From a virus (taxonomy: Duplodnaviria > Caudoviricetes): a stretch of DNA of 45,519 nucleotides. The translations under genes and the position numbers were made by a program. How positions within the stretch are numbered: the stretch's first letter is position 1; every line of letters begins with the position of its first letter. Below, in pieces: positions 1-9,501 of the stretch. The notes under the pieces are model-generated. The model did not search any database and was not told the DNA's origin. It saw nothing but the letters and a program-made list of their open reading frames with translations. Location of the stretch: IMG/VR virus record IMGVR_UViG_3300020380_000908, positions 1-45,519 of that record, one strand, 5' to 3'.

Positions 1-318
1 CTAGAAACTGGAAAAAAAGTAGACTGTTTCGGTAAAAATATTGAAATCATACACCAACAGTGTAATGACTGCGTTTACGATAACCCTGATTTCATTATAA
101 ATCACTACTCTTTTATAAGTGTAGAGAATATATTTTATAAAACGTTTGAAAGAGGAGAGGTAAATTTTAATAATGACACTAGGAAAATTAAAAAACTAAT
201 AAGAGAGCTAAGTTCTCTTACTAATCAAGAAAAAGTAAAAGAATTTGATTTTAAAAAAAGCCCTCAATATTTGAAGTTTAAAGCTTTTTACGAGAAACTA
301 GGATTTGATTACAAATGA
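1..318 (+). CDS. 5'-truncated ORF, possibly the C-terminus of a glycosyltransferase-like protein
   Basis: Frame 1 is open from base 1 to TGA at 316-318, overlapping the next ATG (ATGA). Contains INHYS. Confidence 0.5.
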   Translation, partial: LETGKKVDCFGKNIEIIHQQCNDCVYDNPDFIINHYSFISVENIFYKTFERGEVNFNNDTRKIKKLIRELSSLTNQEKVKEFDFKKSPQYLKFKAFYEKLGFDYK

Positions 319-986
319 AATTTGATATAACAGACTTTAATACAAAAGTTTTTTTTATAGGGTACAACAAAACCGCTACATCAACTATACACAAAGTCTT
401 TAAGCTCAACGACTTTAAATCTGTTCACAACCCAGACTGGGCTAAGTTAAATCTAAAAAAGTTTCAAATATTTTCTGACACAGGAAATGGATGCGTTCCC
501 AATTTTAAAATAGAAAAAGCATTCGAGAAATACTCAAACAGCATATTTGTTTTAAACACTAGGAGTCTAGATGGATGGTTGCGTAGCAGATGTAAACATT
601 ACTATTGGAGGGGTAAATTTAAAGGATGGAAAAAATATTACCCAGTTACAAATGAACTTATAGAAGAATGGATACTTTATAGAAACGCTTACTACTCTAA
701 AGTTTTAAACTTCTTTGAAAATAAAAAAAATAGATTTCTAATCTTAAACATCGAAGAAAGCGATTGGTTAGAAAATATGTGCAAAAAATTTAATATAAAA
801 TATAAAAACGTGTTTGAAAATAAAAGCTTAACAAACGGAGACAAGTATTTGCAAGTTGAAGGTGAGGTTATCGAAAGCTCGTATTTACAAAAAATAGATG
901 AGTGTATTGAAAAGGCTTACGAGAAGTTAAGCGTTAAAAACCCACAATCGCACTTACTAATCGATTTCACAAAAAATGATACCTAA
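315..986 (+). CDS. Sulfotransferase-family (P-loop-like) protein
   Basis: N-terminal FIGYNKTATST (PAPS-binding-like), followed by LNTR...WLRS. Confidence 0.7.
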   Translation: MKFDITDFNTKVFFIGYNKTATSTIHKVFKLNDFKSVHNPDWAKLNLKKFQIFSDTGNGCVPNFKIEKAFEKYSNSIFVLNTRSLDGWLRSRCKHYYWRGKFKGWKKYYPVTNELIEEWILYRNAYYSKVLNFFENKKNRFLILNIEESDWLENMCKKFNIKYKNVFENKSLTNGDKYLQVEGEVIESSYLQKIDECIEKAYEKLSVKNPQSHLLIDFTKNDT

Positions 987-1617
987 AATATTTCATCATG
1001 TTTGGCTTGGGCCAAAGCCTGTACCCGAAGAAGAGCTAAAATACATTGAGTCTTTTAAGAAATACCATCCTGATTGGGACTTTATGCTTTGGGATGATAA
1101 TAATATATCAACCCTTCAGATGTCTCAAAACTGCCAAGAAGCTTATAATAAAACCGTAAACTGGTATAAGCCGGAGCCTTGTTACGCTTGTCAAGCAGAC
1201 GTAATAAGACAGGTTGCCGTATTAAAATATGGAGGAGTCTATGTTGACACTGATGTAGAGTGCTTTAAATCAATAGAAAATCTTATAGAAAGTGAAACAA
1301 ACTTTATTGGCATAAAACCGCATAAAGGGAATTGGATTACTAACGCATTTTTTGGAGCATCAAAAGGCTTTAAATTAATAGAAAACATTGTAAAAGACCT
1401 AAAGCCTCGTTCTCCTGCACATAATGGGCCTACTTTTTTAACCAACCACCTCTATAAGTTTCTCCTTAAACCAAATCCCGGAATAGATAGTCGAGCCAAA
1501 GTGGAGTCTCTTAGCGGAAAAAATATAAAAATATTAAGTAATGAGATATGGGGTCACAAAAATAAAGACGCTTACATGAAACACTACTTTAAGGCTTCTT
1601 GGATAAAAAAGTCATAA
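976..1617 (+). CDS. Glycosyltransferase, GT32/OCH1-like (DXD sugar-binding)
   Basis: MIPKIFHHVWLG, ADVIR, YGGVYVDTD and GPTFL motifs. Confidence 0.85.
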   Translation: MIPKIFHHVWLGPKPVPEEELKYIESFKKYHPDWDFMLWDDNNISTLQMSQNCQEAYNKTVNWYKPEPCYACQADVIRQVAVLKYGGVYVDTDVECFKSIENLIESETNFIGIKPHKGNWITNAFFGASKGFKLIENIVKDLKPRSPAHNGPTFLTNHLYKFLLKPNPGIDSRAKVESLSGKNIKILSNEIWGHKNKDAYMKHYFKASWIKKS

Positions 1618-2220
1618 TTAAATTCTGGGATAATCAAACACTTCAAAGTCTTTACAATAAAGATTGTTTATTTTCTCAATGTTTTGTTCGGTTAGAAATT
1701 CAGAAACTTTACTGTTATCGTGTCTACTGTTGTCAAAATCGCATTGAATATTTAAATTAAATTTTTCATTTATTGATTCAATATCTTGTTTAAAGTTTTC
1801 AAATCTTATTAAATTAAACTCTCCACCTTCTAGGTATTTATACTGCGGCATATAAAAATACCCTTCTATATCGCCGGATTCCAACTTAAATAAGAATTTT
1901 TCAAAACTCCCGTGTTTATTTTTCCCACCAAAATAACGATATAAAGACACGGCTCTGGGGTAAGGATTCCTTACTATGGAAATTTTAATCAACCGCTGCT
2001 CTTCTGAAACAAAACCATGTTGAATCATTTGTTTGTAAGTTGCATGTTGAAGCATTATCTTGGTTTTTGAATCCCATCCCATTATCTCTTCATAGTTAGC
2101 TCCATATTTTCTTGAGCCACATCTAGGAGGATTATCGTGACCAGTAAATCCCAAGCACTTTTCTAAATGAGTTCCGGCTGTTCTGGGTATATGAACGAAA
2201 AGTATATTTTTAGTTTTCAT
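1618..2220 (-). CDS. Sulfotransferase family 2 protein
   Basis: FVHIPRTAGT, VRNPYPRAVSLY, IRFE and C-terminal DFEVFDY. Confidence 0.8.
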   Translation of the reverse strand: MKTKNILFVHIPRTAGTHLEKCLGFTGHDNPPRCGSRKYGANYEEIMGWDSKTKIMLQHATYKQMIQHGFVSEEQRLIKISIVRNPYPRAVSLYRYFGGKNKHGSFEKFLFKLESGDIEGYFYMPQYKYLEGGEFNLIRFENFKQDIESINEKFNLNIQCDFDNSRHDNSKVSEFLTEQNIEKINNLYCKDFEVFDYPRI

Positions 2221-2221
2221 T

Positions 2222-2821
2222 TCATCTATCTTTACACCAAAGCTCTAGCCTCATTATCAGGGCGAATGTTTTAAATAGAATCCATTTTGGAATTTGAATT
2301 AAGGAAGCAACAGTGAATTTTAGGGCCAAAGCAAATAAATAGATGGGATTTCTTTTTCTTGCTTGCTGAAGCTGCACTTGTTTTTGTATCTTCTTCGCGG
2401 TCTTTTTTCTTGTTGAATTATCTTTTCTGCTAAAATGATCTAGCTCTAATTCTTTTAAGTCTCCCTTAAAAAATAAAGCTTTAAAAATCATTTCATAATC
2501 GTAATCTTTACCGAAAATTTCTGTACCAAAAGCGATTTCACCCGTAAATTCTAGATTAGTTAAACCACCGTCTACCTCTTCAGGAATTAGCTCGCCTTTT
2601 TGATTTCTCTTTAACTCTAAATTAAAAACGTGTTCATAAATTAATCCATCTTCCGAAATGAAATAACTAGACCTTTGAAATTCACTTTCACTAAAGAAAG
2701 AAAAAGTGTCGAACGCTAACTCATCCCACTCGATTCCCTTGAAATCTTCGTTCTCTTCCTCGGCAAGTATTCTTTCCAAGGGTAATTTATATTCACAAAT
2801 TATATTACTAATAGGCGTCAC
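2222..2821 (-). CDS. Hypothetical protein with hydrophobic C-terminus
   Basis: ORF track gives 2222..2929. The in-frame GTG at 2821 is preferred because it avoids a long overlap with the sigma gene. Confidence 0.55.
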   Translation of the reverse strand: MTPISNIICEYKLPLERILAEEENEDFKGIEWDELAFDTFSFFSESEFQRSSYFISEDGLIYEHVFNLELKRNQKGELIPEEVDGGLTNLEFTGEIAFGTEIFGKDYDYEMIFKALFFKGDLKELELDHFSRKDNSTRKKTAKKIQKQVQLQQARKRNPIYLFALALKFTVASLIQIPKWILFKTFALIMRLELWCKDR

Positions 2822-3416
2822 AGTAATCTTTTCTTTTTTCGGCTCTATAAAAAATTTTTTGAGCCTTTTTTCTTGCGTAAAAAAGCCTAGACATAACAGT
2901 ACCCACAGAACATTGCATCGCTTTAGCAATTTCTTCGTAAGATAATTGTTCGACAGCGAAATATCTTAAAACGCTTCTCTGCTCGTAAGAAAGCTTGTCT
3001 AAAACATTGGATAAAAATTCGTTTAGCTCTTTACTTTTAGGTTTCTGCAATGGATCAAATTCAATACTGGCTTCTCTTCTGTATTCTCCAACGCCATCAC
3101 CATCTATATCGATCTCAATACATACCTCAGAACGTTTATCATTTTTTCGTTTTATGTCTATAAATAGATTTCTGGATATACTGCAAACCCAAGTTTTGAA
3201 TTTACTTTCTCCCTTAAACTTGTCTATATTCTTCCACGCTTTTATGGAAGTTATTTGAAATATTTCCTCTGCGAGAAGCTCGTTTTTTCTGCACATCGAT
3301 AGTATCCATTTTTTTAAATATTCTTCACTATCATTTAAAAGAATTTCAAACGCTTTCGTATCGTGATTTCTCGCTAGATTAACCAATTCTTTCTCAGAAA
3401 GATTACAATATTTCAT
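2808..3416 (-). CDS. ECF-type RNA polymerase sigma factor (RpoE/SigW-like)
   Basis: Region 2 AEEIFQ..KAW....F.G.SKFKTW...I.RN; region 4 LSYEEIA..M.CSVGTVMSRL.YAR. ATG at 3416 preferred as start. Confidence 0.9.
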   Translation of the reverse strand: MKYCNLSEKELVNLARNHDTKAFEILLNDSEEYLKKWILSMCRKNELLAEEIFQITSIKAWKNIDKFKGESKFKTWVCSISRNLFIDIKRKNDKRSEVCIEIDIDGDGVGEYRREASIEFDPLQKPKSKELNEFLSNVLDKLSYEQRSVLRYFAVEQLSYEEIAKAMQCSVGTVMSRLFYARKKAQKIFYRAEKRKDYCDAY

Positions 3417-3458
3417 AATTAAAATTAAAAATAATACAGAACTTAGAAAAAACAAGAA

Positions 3459-3734
3459 CTATTTTTTGAAGACTACGGTAACTTTATCATCTAAAGTATG
3501 AATTTCTAAAATTAATTCTTTCAAAACCCCTATTGAATTAGCTGCACAATTCTGCATACAATCGTGGCAAAAAATTTTAGTTCTTTGATCTGGGAGTTTC
3601 ATCTTGAAAAACGCTAACTTTTCGTTATCGTAAAGTATTTTATAATTTTTAGCTGAATAAGATAGACCACACTCAGAGCAGGTAACTCTAGTCTTTCTTT
3701 TATTTGGGTCTATTATTTTCGCTATTATTGTCAT
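3459..3734 (-). CDS. Small zinc-finger-like protein
   Basis: Two CxxC pairs (CSEC, CHDC). Confidence 0.55.
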   Translation of the reverse strand: MTIIAKIIDPNKRKTRVTCSECGLSYSAKNYKILYDNEKLAFFKMKLPDQRTKIFCHDCMQNCAANSIGVLKELILEIHTLDDKVTVVFKK

Positions 3735-3900
3735 TTTCTGCTTTTTGCAATTCTTTTTTTAAAATTTTTAAGTGATGAACCATGAAGCTTTCTCCAATGG
3801 TCTCCGAGGCTTTACCTTTTCTATTTAAAGCCTTGTGCTGTGCGTCTTGTTGTAGTGCTACTTCTAAAAGCTGTTCCGTTAACTCGATTAATTTATTCAT
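3700..3900 (-). CDS. Hypothetical protein
   Basis: Tiles with its neighbours; ATG at 3900 (MNKLIEL) preferred. Confidence 0.5.
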   Translation of the reverse strand: MNKLIELTEQLLEVALQQDAQHKALNRKGKASETIGESFMVHHLKILKKELQKAENDNNSENNRPK

Positions 3901-4186
3901 CGCTTTTATCTTTTTGGGACTCTTGGTTGGTTTTGGGGGAATCAAGCATGGATACAATATGTTTTTCCCATTTTTGATTTACTTCAAAACGCTCTTCATT
4001 TGTCAATTCCTTTGTAATCGAAAAGTTTTCTTGAATGAATTTACCTAAATCAAGTACTGCTTCAGAATCTAAACTAACTGTAGTAGAGTTTGCCTTTTTC
4101 CACAAGGAAATATTCATAGAATCATTTTCTATTTCAAAAAACATACCCTTATCATCACCAACAGACTTTAAAAAAATTTCTTTCAT
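3893..4186 (-). CDS. Hypothetical protein
   Basis: ORF overlapping both neighbours in an operon-like arrangement. Confidence 0.55.
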   Translation of the reverse strand: MKEIFLKSVGDDKGMFFEIENDSMNISLWKKANSTTVSLDSEAVLDLGKFIQENFSITKELTNEERFEVNQKWEKHIVSMLDSPKTNQESQKDKSDE

Positions 4187-4428
4187 TTCACGTTAGAAAC
4201 AAAACTATCAAAAAGATTTCTTTGTTCAAATTGACCTTTTCTGTGTAGGTAGTCCATCTTATTATTTAAATCTCGGACTTGTTCAATAACTTCTTGCTCG
4301 CTTATTACTCCTTCTTCGAAAAGAACCTGTAACTCTTCTACTTCTAATGAAGTTTTTAAACTTTCTTCCCTCCACCAAGCAATACTTTCTTTAAAAAGCT
4401 TTATTTGATTATTTATCTTGGTTTTCAT
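4183..4428 (-). CDS. Hypothetical coiled-coil protein
   Basis: ORF with 4-nt overlaps on both sides. Confidence 0.55.
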   Translation of the reverse strand: MKTKINNQIKLFKESIAWWREESLKTSLEVEELQVLFEEGVISEQEVIEQVRDLNNKMDYLHRKGQFEQRNLFDSFVSNVK

Positions 4429-4574
4429 TTTTCAACTATTCTTAAGTTTTTATTTTTATTTATTTTTCGTAAATATTTTTTAGCTTTATTTTGGCCGTCT
4501 TCGCTGTAGGGGAAAGCACCATATAGTAAATTTTTTTCATCTACTATTAAGTAACACCTCTCCTTTTTTCTCAT
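4425..4574 (-). CDS. Small hypothetical protein (49 aa, not in ORF track)
   Basis: Manual translation MRKKERCYLIVDEKNLLYGAFPYSEDGQNKAKKYLRKINKNKNLRIVEK*; its TGA overlaps the next ATG. Confidence 0.55.
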   Translation of the reverse strand: MRKKERCYLIVDEKNLLYGAFPYSEDGQNKAKKYLRKINKNKNLRIVEK

Positions 4575-4583
4575 ATATATATT

Positions 4584-4763
4584 CTATTGGCTGGGTTTGA
4601 TAATTTCTACTGGAAAATCATCTTTTTTAATAAAGCCCTCTTCGTAGAGATACATGGCTATATTTGCCGCGTCATCCTCACTAAGATCATCTTTAGGATC
4701 AAATATCATGAGCTTATACTTTGTAAGCCTTACAGTAACCCCATTGATAACCATGTTTTTCAT
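4584..4763 (-). CDS. Small hypothetical protein (YLYEEGFI motif; paralog of 42326..42514)
   Basis: ATG at 4763 lies 7 nt downstream of a GTGTAAT motif. The longer ORF-track start runs through a terminator hairpin. Confidence 0.6.
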   Translation of the reverse strand: MKNMVINGVTVRLTKYKLMIFDPKDDLSEDDAANIAMYLYEEGFIKKDDFPVEIIKPSQ

Positions 4764-4770
4764 AATATTT

Positions 4771-4777
4771 ATTACAC
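4771..4777 (-). promoter_or_regulatory. GTGTAAT motif (putative phage-specific promoter)
   Basis: Recurrent motif found shortly upstream of start codons. Confidence 0.55.
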
Positions 4778-4782
4778 TAATC

Positions 4783-4815
4783 AAAGAAAAACGCCCCCGA
4801 ATATTCAGGGGCGTT
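4783..4815 (-). terminator. Rho-independent terminator after clpP
   Basis: AACGCCCC/GGGGCGTT stem with a T-tract on the minus strand. Confidence 0.75.
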
Positions 4816-4848
4816 AGGGTTACGTGACCAAACGCTGATGCCAAGCTA

Positions 4849-5577
4849 CTATCTGTTTTTATGCTCTGGCATCATGCCCCTAATTTCATCAACTAAACCA
4901 AGCTGAACGCATTCATCTGCGTCAATCCACCAATCTTTTCTGTCCCAATTTTTTTTGAGTTTTTGTTTGGTTAGCTTTGATCTAGATGTAAAAATGTTTA
5001 AAATTCTTTCTTCTATTCTCTTAACTAATTTAACTTCATCTTCCACTTCGTAAGTTTTTCCTATAGCCCCAAATGCTGCTCTATGTATCATCACCCAGCT
5101 TTGATGACCAATCCATCTAACGTCACCCGCCTGAAGCAAGATACCAGCCATTGAAGCAGCCATTCCGAGAGAACCTGTGGTAATTTTATGACCTTTTGCT
5201 CTCAATTCTTGTATAAAGTCAAACAATTCAAAACCATCAATTATGCTGCCACCGGGAGAAGAAAAGACTATCTCCATAGAGCACTCCGTATCAATTCTGG
5301 ACCACTCAGTTAATCTACGCATACATTTTTGTACCGAATGTTGAGAGACTTCTGATGAAAATCTATAGAGAAAGTTTTCGTCATCTAAAGCTTTTTCTTT
5401 ACTAACCATCTCTTTTATTTTCTTAAGCTCTAGAGTTGCAGCTTCAGCTTCTGCTTCTGCTTTTATGGCTTCAGCTATAGTTTTTCTTGTCTCAGCATCG
5501 TTCTTTTTGGCTTCGGCAATTTTAATTGCTATATCGGCCTCAACTTCTTTCTTGGTTCTTTTTTCTTCGTCTGCCAT
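4849..5577 (-). CDS. clpP: ClpP-like protease subunit with N-terminal coiled coil
   Basis: SPGGS, GMAASMA (catalytic Ser), MIHR (His), W.DA.E....GLVD. Confidence 0.85.
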   Translation of the reverse strand: MADEEKRTKKEVEADIAIKIAEAKKNDAETRKTIAEAIKAEAEAEAATLELKKIKEMVSKEKALDDENFLYRFSSEVSQHSVQKCMRRLTEWSRIDTECSMEIVFSSPGGSIIDGFELFDFIQELRAKGHKITTGSLGMAASMAGILLQAGDVRWIGHQSWVMIHRAAFGAIGKTYEVEDEVKLVKRIEERILNIFTSRSKLTKQKLKKNWDRKDWWIDADECVQLGLVDEIRGMMPEHKNR

Positions 5578-5597
5578 ATAAACCTCTCTAAATATAT

Positions 5598-5604
5598 ATT
5601 ACAC
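5598..5604 (-). promoter_or_regulatory. GTGTAAT motif upstream of clpP
   Basis: Motif followed by an SD-like GAGAGG and ATG 20 nt downstream. Confidence 0.5.
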
Positions 5605-5612
5605 TTTGACAC

Positions 5613-5645
5613 AAAAAAACGCAGTTTTTTTTACGAACTGCGTTT
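5613..5645 (-). terminator. Rho-independent terminator
   Basis: AAACGCAGTT/AACTGCGTTT stem plus T-tract, downstream of the protease gene. Confidence 0.75.
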
Positions 5646-5666
5646 GATTAAATGTTTTTTAAGAAA

Positions 5667-6587
5667 TCATTTTTTGATAAGGTTTACATTTCTTGGTGTA
5701 ACCTTTAATTGAAAAGGAAACAGTTTCTTAGCAGCCTTAGTTTCTTCTGAATCCTCTCCCTTCTCTTTTGGTTCATTTTCTATAGGCATCTTCTTAATTT
5801 CATCTTCAGATGGCATCTCCAGCTTAGGATTTAAGGCCCACATTATCTTATGTTTTTCGCAGTAATCTTTCATTCTTCTTACGGGAACAATTAAATTAAA
5901 TCCTTCTCCTGCTCCTCTCACAAGCATACCTACATAGCTAGCGTCAGATTTTAAATAAACGCCCCCACCCGAAGACCCCGGAAATGCTGTGCAAGTAGTT
6001 TGATCAAAAACATATTTATTTAAAGACTTAATTAATCTACCATGTTGAGAATAAATGCCATCAGTCATGCTATTTGCGCCCATTTGCCCCAGTAAAGAAC
6101 CAACATGCAAAAGGTCAGTGCCTAACTTTGGTATATCATCACTTAAATTGAATGTAACTGTATCTTCAACGAAATTAAACTTTCTTACGCGAAGCAAAGC
6201 CAAATCATGCCCATCGTCTGCATCGCTGTATTTTAAAACCTCCGCATCCATCTGAAGCCTACCAACGGTTCTACCGTTTTGCCTAATCTCCTTGACTATC
6301 ATTGGGTCTTTAAACTCAACCAAAGTTTTCTTAGAGCCACCAACAAGAATCTCTCTAGTTGATCTCAGGTTATCTATAACGTGCGCTGCGGTCCAAACAA
6401 AATTTACAGTATTTCCTTGAGAGTCTTTTCTGGTGAAAATTACCCCAGAACCTTCCCCGTTGGAAAAGGTTCCTTCCGATCTTATCGTCACGGATACATT
6501 TTGTAAGTGGTCTGCTATATTTTTTTGCTGAGAAAAAGAAGATGTTTGTAGCAGTAAGAAAGTCAATGCGATGGCTATAGTTTTCAT
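5667..6587 (-). CDS. Secreted trypsin-like serine protease
   Basis: Signal peptide; GSGV, TAAHV (His), DLALL (Asp), PGSSGGG (Ser). Confidence 0.88.
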   Translation of the reverse strand: MKTIAIALTFLLLQTSSFSQQKNIADHLQNVSVTIRSEGTFSNGEGSGVIFTRKDSQGNTVNFVWTAAHVIDNLRSTREILVGGSKKTLVEFKDPMIVKEIRQNGRTVGRLQMDAEVLKYSDADDGHDLALLRVRKFNFVEDTVTFNLSDDIPKLGTDLLHVGSLLGQMGANSMTDGIYSQHGRLIKSLNKYVFDQTTCTAFPGSSGGGVYLKSDASYVGMLVRGAGEGFNLIVPVRRMKDYCEKHKIMWALNPKLEMPSEDEIKKMPIENEPKEKGEDSEETKAAKKLFPFQLKVTPRNVNLIKK

Positions 6588-6638
6588 ATCTATATATATT
6601 AAGACAGGTAAACTTAAATAACTAAAAAATAATAAATA

Positions 6639-6815
6639 TTATTCGTTAAAATCTTTAATGTTTGCAAACTTCCTTTCCTGCACTCTAACTGGATAAGTCA
6701 CTACTTTTGTGTTATGTAGGTCACAATAAGCCTCTGCATCTTCTTTTTTCTTAAAGTAGGCTATATTTCTCCAGTGTAAATTATTCAATTGCTCTTGTAC
6801 TTCGTAAAATTTCAT
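6639..6815 (-). CDS. Small hypothetical protein (58 aa, not in ORF track)
   Basis: Manual translation MKFYEVQEQLNNLHWRNIAYFKKKEDAEAYCDLHN...; fills the gap between two genes. Confidence 0.55.
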   Translation of the reverse strand: MKFYEVQEQLNNLHWRNIAYFKKKEDAEAYCDLHNTKVVTYPVRVQERKFANIKDFNE

Positions 6816-6824
6816 GTTAATTTC

Positions 6825-7436
6825 CTATATTAAAAAATGTTTCCAATCTCTATGTAGCACATTGTCTATCATACTGCAAGCAGGTTTTCCTGATGGTTCA
6901 AGGGGAGCCTTGATTAATTTTAGACCAGCTTCTTCTGGGGTTTGATTACTTTTTACAGTGTTTAGCTTTTTTTCGCAATAAACTAAGTTACCCCAAGATT
7001 CATTGCCTCCTCTGGACTTAGGGATAACATGATCTACTGAGCCTTGAGATTTACTAAGTTTTTTGCCGGTGTATTGACAAACGCCTTTATCTCTTTTTCT
7101 TATCCCCTCGGTAGTTGGTCTTAATCTTTTTATTGGCATACCGGAATAACCTTTAGCTATTAAAACTGTAGGTGCTCTAAAAGAAAATTTTGAAGTTCTA
7201 ATTACGTAATCTATATTTCTTACCTCTAGCTTAATCCAATCCCGCCAAAACAAGGGGGTCATATTTATTGGAGAGTTAAAGTTTACGCCTGATGAATCAA
7301 CTTCATACTCTATATCTAGAGCTTGGAAACTGTAATCATATAAACTACAGACAGCTTCTTTAACCGTTTTAGTTTGTATAGGTTGCCAAGCGTTATTTAG
7401 AACAAGGCAGATTTTTTTATCTACAATGCTGTCCAT
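6825..7436 (-). CDS. HNH endonuclease (McrA-like)
   Basis: CLVLN..WQPI N-terminus; RD..VCQYTG, DHVIPKSRGG..SWGNLV, N..K.N.TPEEAG. Confidence 0.85.
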   Translation of the reverse strand: MDSIVDKKICLVLNNAWQPIQTKTVKEAVCSLYDYSFQALDIEYEVDSSGVNFNSPINMTPLFWRDWIKLEVRNIDYVIRTSKFSFRAPTVLIAKGYSGMPIKRLRPTTEGIRKRDKGVCQYTGKKLSKSQGSVDHVIPKSRGGNESWGNLVYCEKKLNTVKSNQTPEEAGLKLIKAPLEPSGKPACSMIDNVLHRDWKHFLI

Positions 7437-7457
7437 GCCAAGAGGTATTACACAACA

Positions 7458-8324
7458 TTAAATAACTGATCTGCCTAAATTGTATTTCCAATCTTCTTCG
7501 GGTCTATCAATTTGCAGATTCCTTGCTTTTGCCGCTTCAAGTATATAGGATTCCATTTGAGCGTCACTCATTTGGAGTTCTAGCGAAGATATATCTTTTG
7601 GAAAACACGTTCCACCAAAACCCTTTTTACCGTCTGGCCCCGGAACTTGAGTATGACTTGAGCCTATTCTTTTATCTATACCAACAAGAGAAGAGACTGT
7701 ATTGTAGTCACAATCTTTTTTATCGGCAAACTCTTTTATTTCATTAAAGAAAGATACCTTACAAGCTAAAAACGAATTTCTAGCTAGCTTGACTAACTCA
7801 GCTTCATTGTTGCTGCAAAAATATTTGTCATCGTGCTTTATTTTGCCGTGTTTTTTTGCAAGCGTAATTAAATCCGTGAATTTATTCTTTACCAATTTAT
7901 TATCAGCATCATGCAAGCCTAAGACCCAAGCATTATTATTTTTAAAATCTAATTTCCAATTTGATTCAGTTAAGAACTCAGGCATAAAGTTAACGGACAT
8001 CGAACTGCAAAACCCAACAGGAACAGTTGATCTTACTATTATATTTTCGTTACTAACTCCAGCAGTTTTAAGATCGTAAATACAGTTTTCAACTATTTCA
8101 GTGTGACATCTGCCATCTGAATTCATTGGAGTAGGAACACAAATAAATACTAGATCGCAATCAAATAAATCTTTTATAGATGTACCAACGGGGGAGCACT
8201 TGCTATCGTCTTTATCATAGGTGATAACCTTCACATCAATGATGGGTGGGCGTCCACACTCAAACAAGCTGGTGGCCTTACCCACAAAACCTGCTCCAAC
8301 TATACCTATTTTCATCATTGTCAT
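7458..8324 (-). CDS. UDP-glucose/GDP-mannose dehydrogenase family protein (no C-terminal domain)
   Basis: GAGFVG Rossmann motif, CVPTP, RSTVPVG, PEFL, K..RN.FLA.K, GFGGTCFPKD. Confidence 0.85.
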   Translation of the reverse strand: MTMMKIGIVGAGFVGKATSLFECGRPPIIDVKVITYDKDDSKCSPVGTSIKDLFDCDLVFICVPTPMNSDGRCHTEIVENCIYDLKTAGVSNENIIVRSTVPVGFCSSMSVNFMPEFLTESNWKLDFKNNNAWVLGLHDADNKLVKNKFTDLITLAKKHGKIKHDDKYFCSNNEAELVKLARNSFLACKVSFFNEIKEFADKKDCDYNTVSSLVGIDKRIGSSHTQVPGPDGKKGFGGTCFPKDISSLELQMSDAQMESYILEAAKARNLQIDRPEEDWKYNLGRSVI

Positions 8325-8331
8325 CTTAAAA

Positions 8332-8418
8332 TGGTAGGGAAGGCGGGACTTGAACCCGCACGAACTAATGTTCGACAGATTTTAAGTCTGTTGTGTCTGC
8401 CAATTCCACCACTTCCCC
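8332..8418 (-). tRNA. tRNA-Leu (UAA)
   Basis: GGGGAAG acceptor stem, anticodon arm ACAGA-CTTAAAA-TCTGT, long variable arm, GTTCAAGTC T-loop, encoded CCA. Confidence 0.95.
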
Positions 8419-8427
8419 TAAAATAAC

Positions 8428-8631
8428 TTAATCATCTAAGAAGGTTTTTAAAGATTCTAAGCAATCTTCCGCGTTAGCTAACTTTTCTAACTGCTTTGAC
8501 ATTTCTTCTACTATTTGTGGGTGTTCTCCTATTCCGGCTGGGTTTTTAAAATAAACTTCCAGCGTAGCTAAAGCTTCGTCTCTTTCTGCTTTGTACTTCG
8601 ATTCTAAGGCTTGATAGAGTTTTTGTTGCAT
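8428..8631 (-). CDS. Small hypothetical phage protein
   Basis: Contains PAGIGEHP; has its own sigma70-like promoter TTGATT-16-TAGTAT. Confidence 0.7.
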   Translation of the reverse strand: MQQKLYQALESKYKAERDEALATLEVYFKNPAGIGEHPQIVEEMSKQLEKLANAEDCLESLKTFLDD

Positions 8632-8698
8632 AGAGTTCTATACTATCATTTCTTTTTAAAAAATCAACAAATAAATTATAATAAATATATCCAAAGGA

Positions 8699-9277
8699 AT
8701 GAATGATGTAGAAAAAAAATACAAAATAGAGCTTGCATCCAACTGGCATCAACCACTTGCGAAAGGGAAAGATAAGTTGTCTAAAGTTATTGATGGAATG
8801 AAGCTGTTCAAACTAGAGCAAAAGGAAGTTCCCTTGATAATTAAATTAACTGAAAACCCCAACTATATTACTTCTAAATTATTTACTGGGGCTGTAAACC
8901 TGTTTTCTCATGACTGCATACATATCTTGCTTGGTAGGGGTTTGTTGCCTAAAGACGAGGCTTTCGTTATTGGGTACACAATGGGTTCTGGTAAAAAAAT
9001 GAAGAGGTGGAGAAGGAATTTATTTCTTTGGGTAACTAAATATCTTTACCCAGAGGGTTATGAATTCACAGAAGAAGAGCGTTACATTTTTTATTCAGGA
9101 GTCATGGCTGGAAGCAAATGTTCTTCGGATTTATCTAAAATAGAATTTAAAAAATTAATTAATTATAAAATAGACCATGTCAGACAGGATTTAGGTATAG
9201 ATAAAAAACTTCTTGAATGTTGTTATTGCACTGAGAAAAAACTTTTCCTAAACAGTAAGGAGAGTCAAAGATTATGA
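8699..9277 (+). CDS. Hypothetical protein with Coq4-like HDxxH motif
   Basis: HDCIHILLG...DEAF. Confidence 0.5.
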   Translation: MNDVEKKYKIELASNWHQPLAKGKDKLSKVIDGMKLFKLEQKEVPLIIKLTENPNYITSKLFTGAVNLFSHDCIHILLGRGLLPKDEAFVIGYTMGSGKKMKRWRRNLFLWVTKYLYPEGYEFTEEERYIFYSGVMAGSKCSSDLSKIEFKKLINYKIDHVRQDLGIDKKLLECCYCTEKKLFLNSKESQRL

Positions 9278-9501
9278 ATATAAGTCATTTGTGGTGGCAA
9301 AAAGCAGGTTGGATTAGCATGGGTTTAATAGTGCTTGGGTATTATTTTAATGCTAATCAGATGCCAGTATGTTGGATAATCTGGTTTTTTGGGAACATAC
9401 TCATGGGTTCTTACTGTTGTTATAAAAAAACTTACCCACCAGCAGTTCTATCTTTTCTAATAGCAATCATGAATATATATGGTTATGTGAGTTGGAGTTA
9501 A
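9274..9501 (+). CDS. Small membrane protein (PnuC/SemiSWEET-like, 3 TM)
   Basis: Three hydrophobic helices, W..W..GN, terminal NIYG...W. Confidence 0.55.
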   Translation: MNISHLWWQKAGWISMGLIVLGYYFNANQMPVCWIIWFFGNILMGSYCCYKKTYPPAVLSFLIAIMNIYGYVSWS

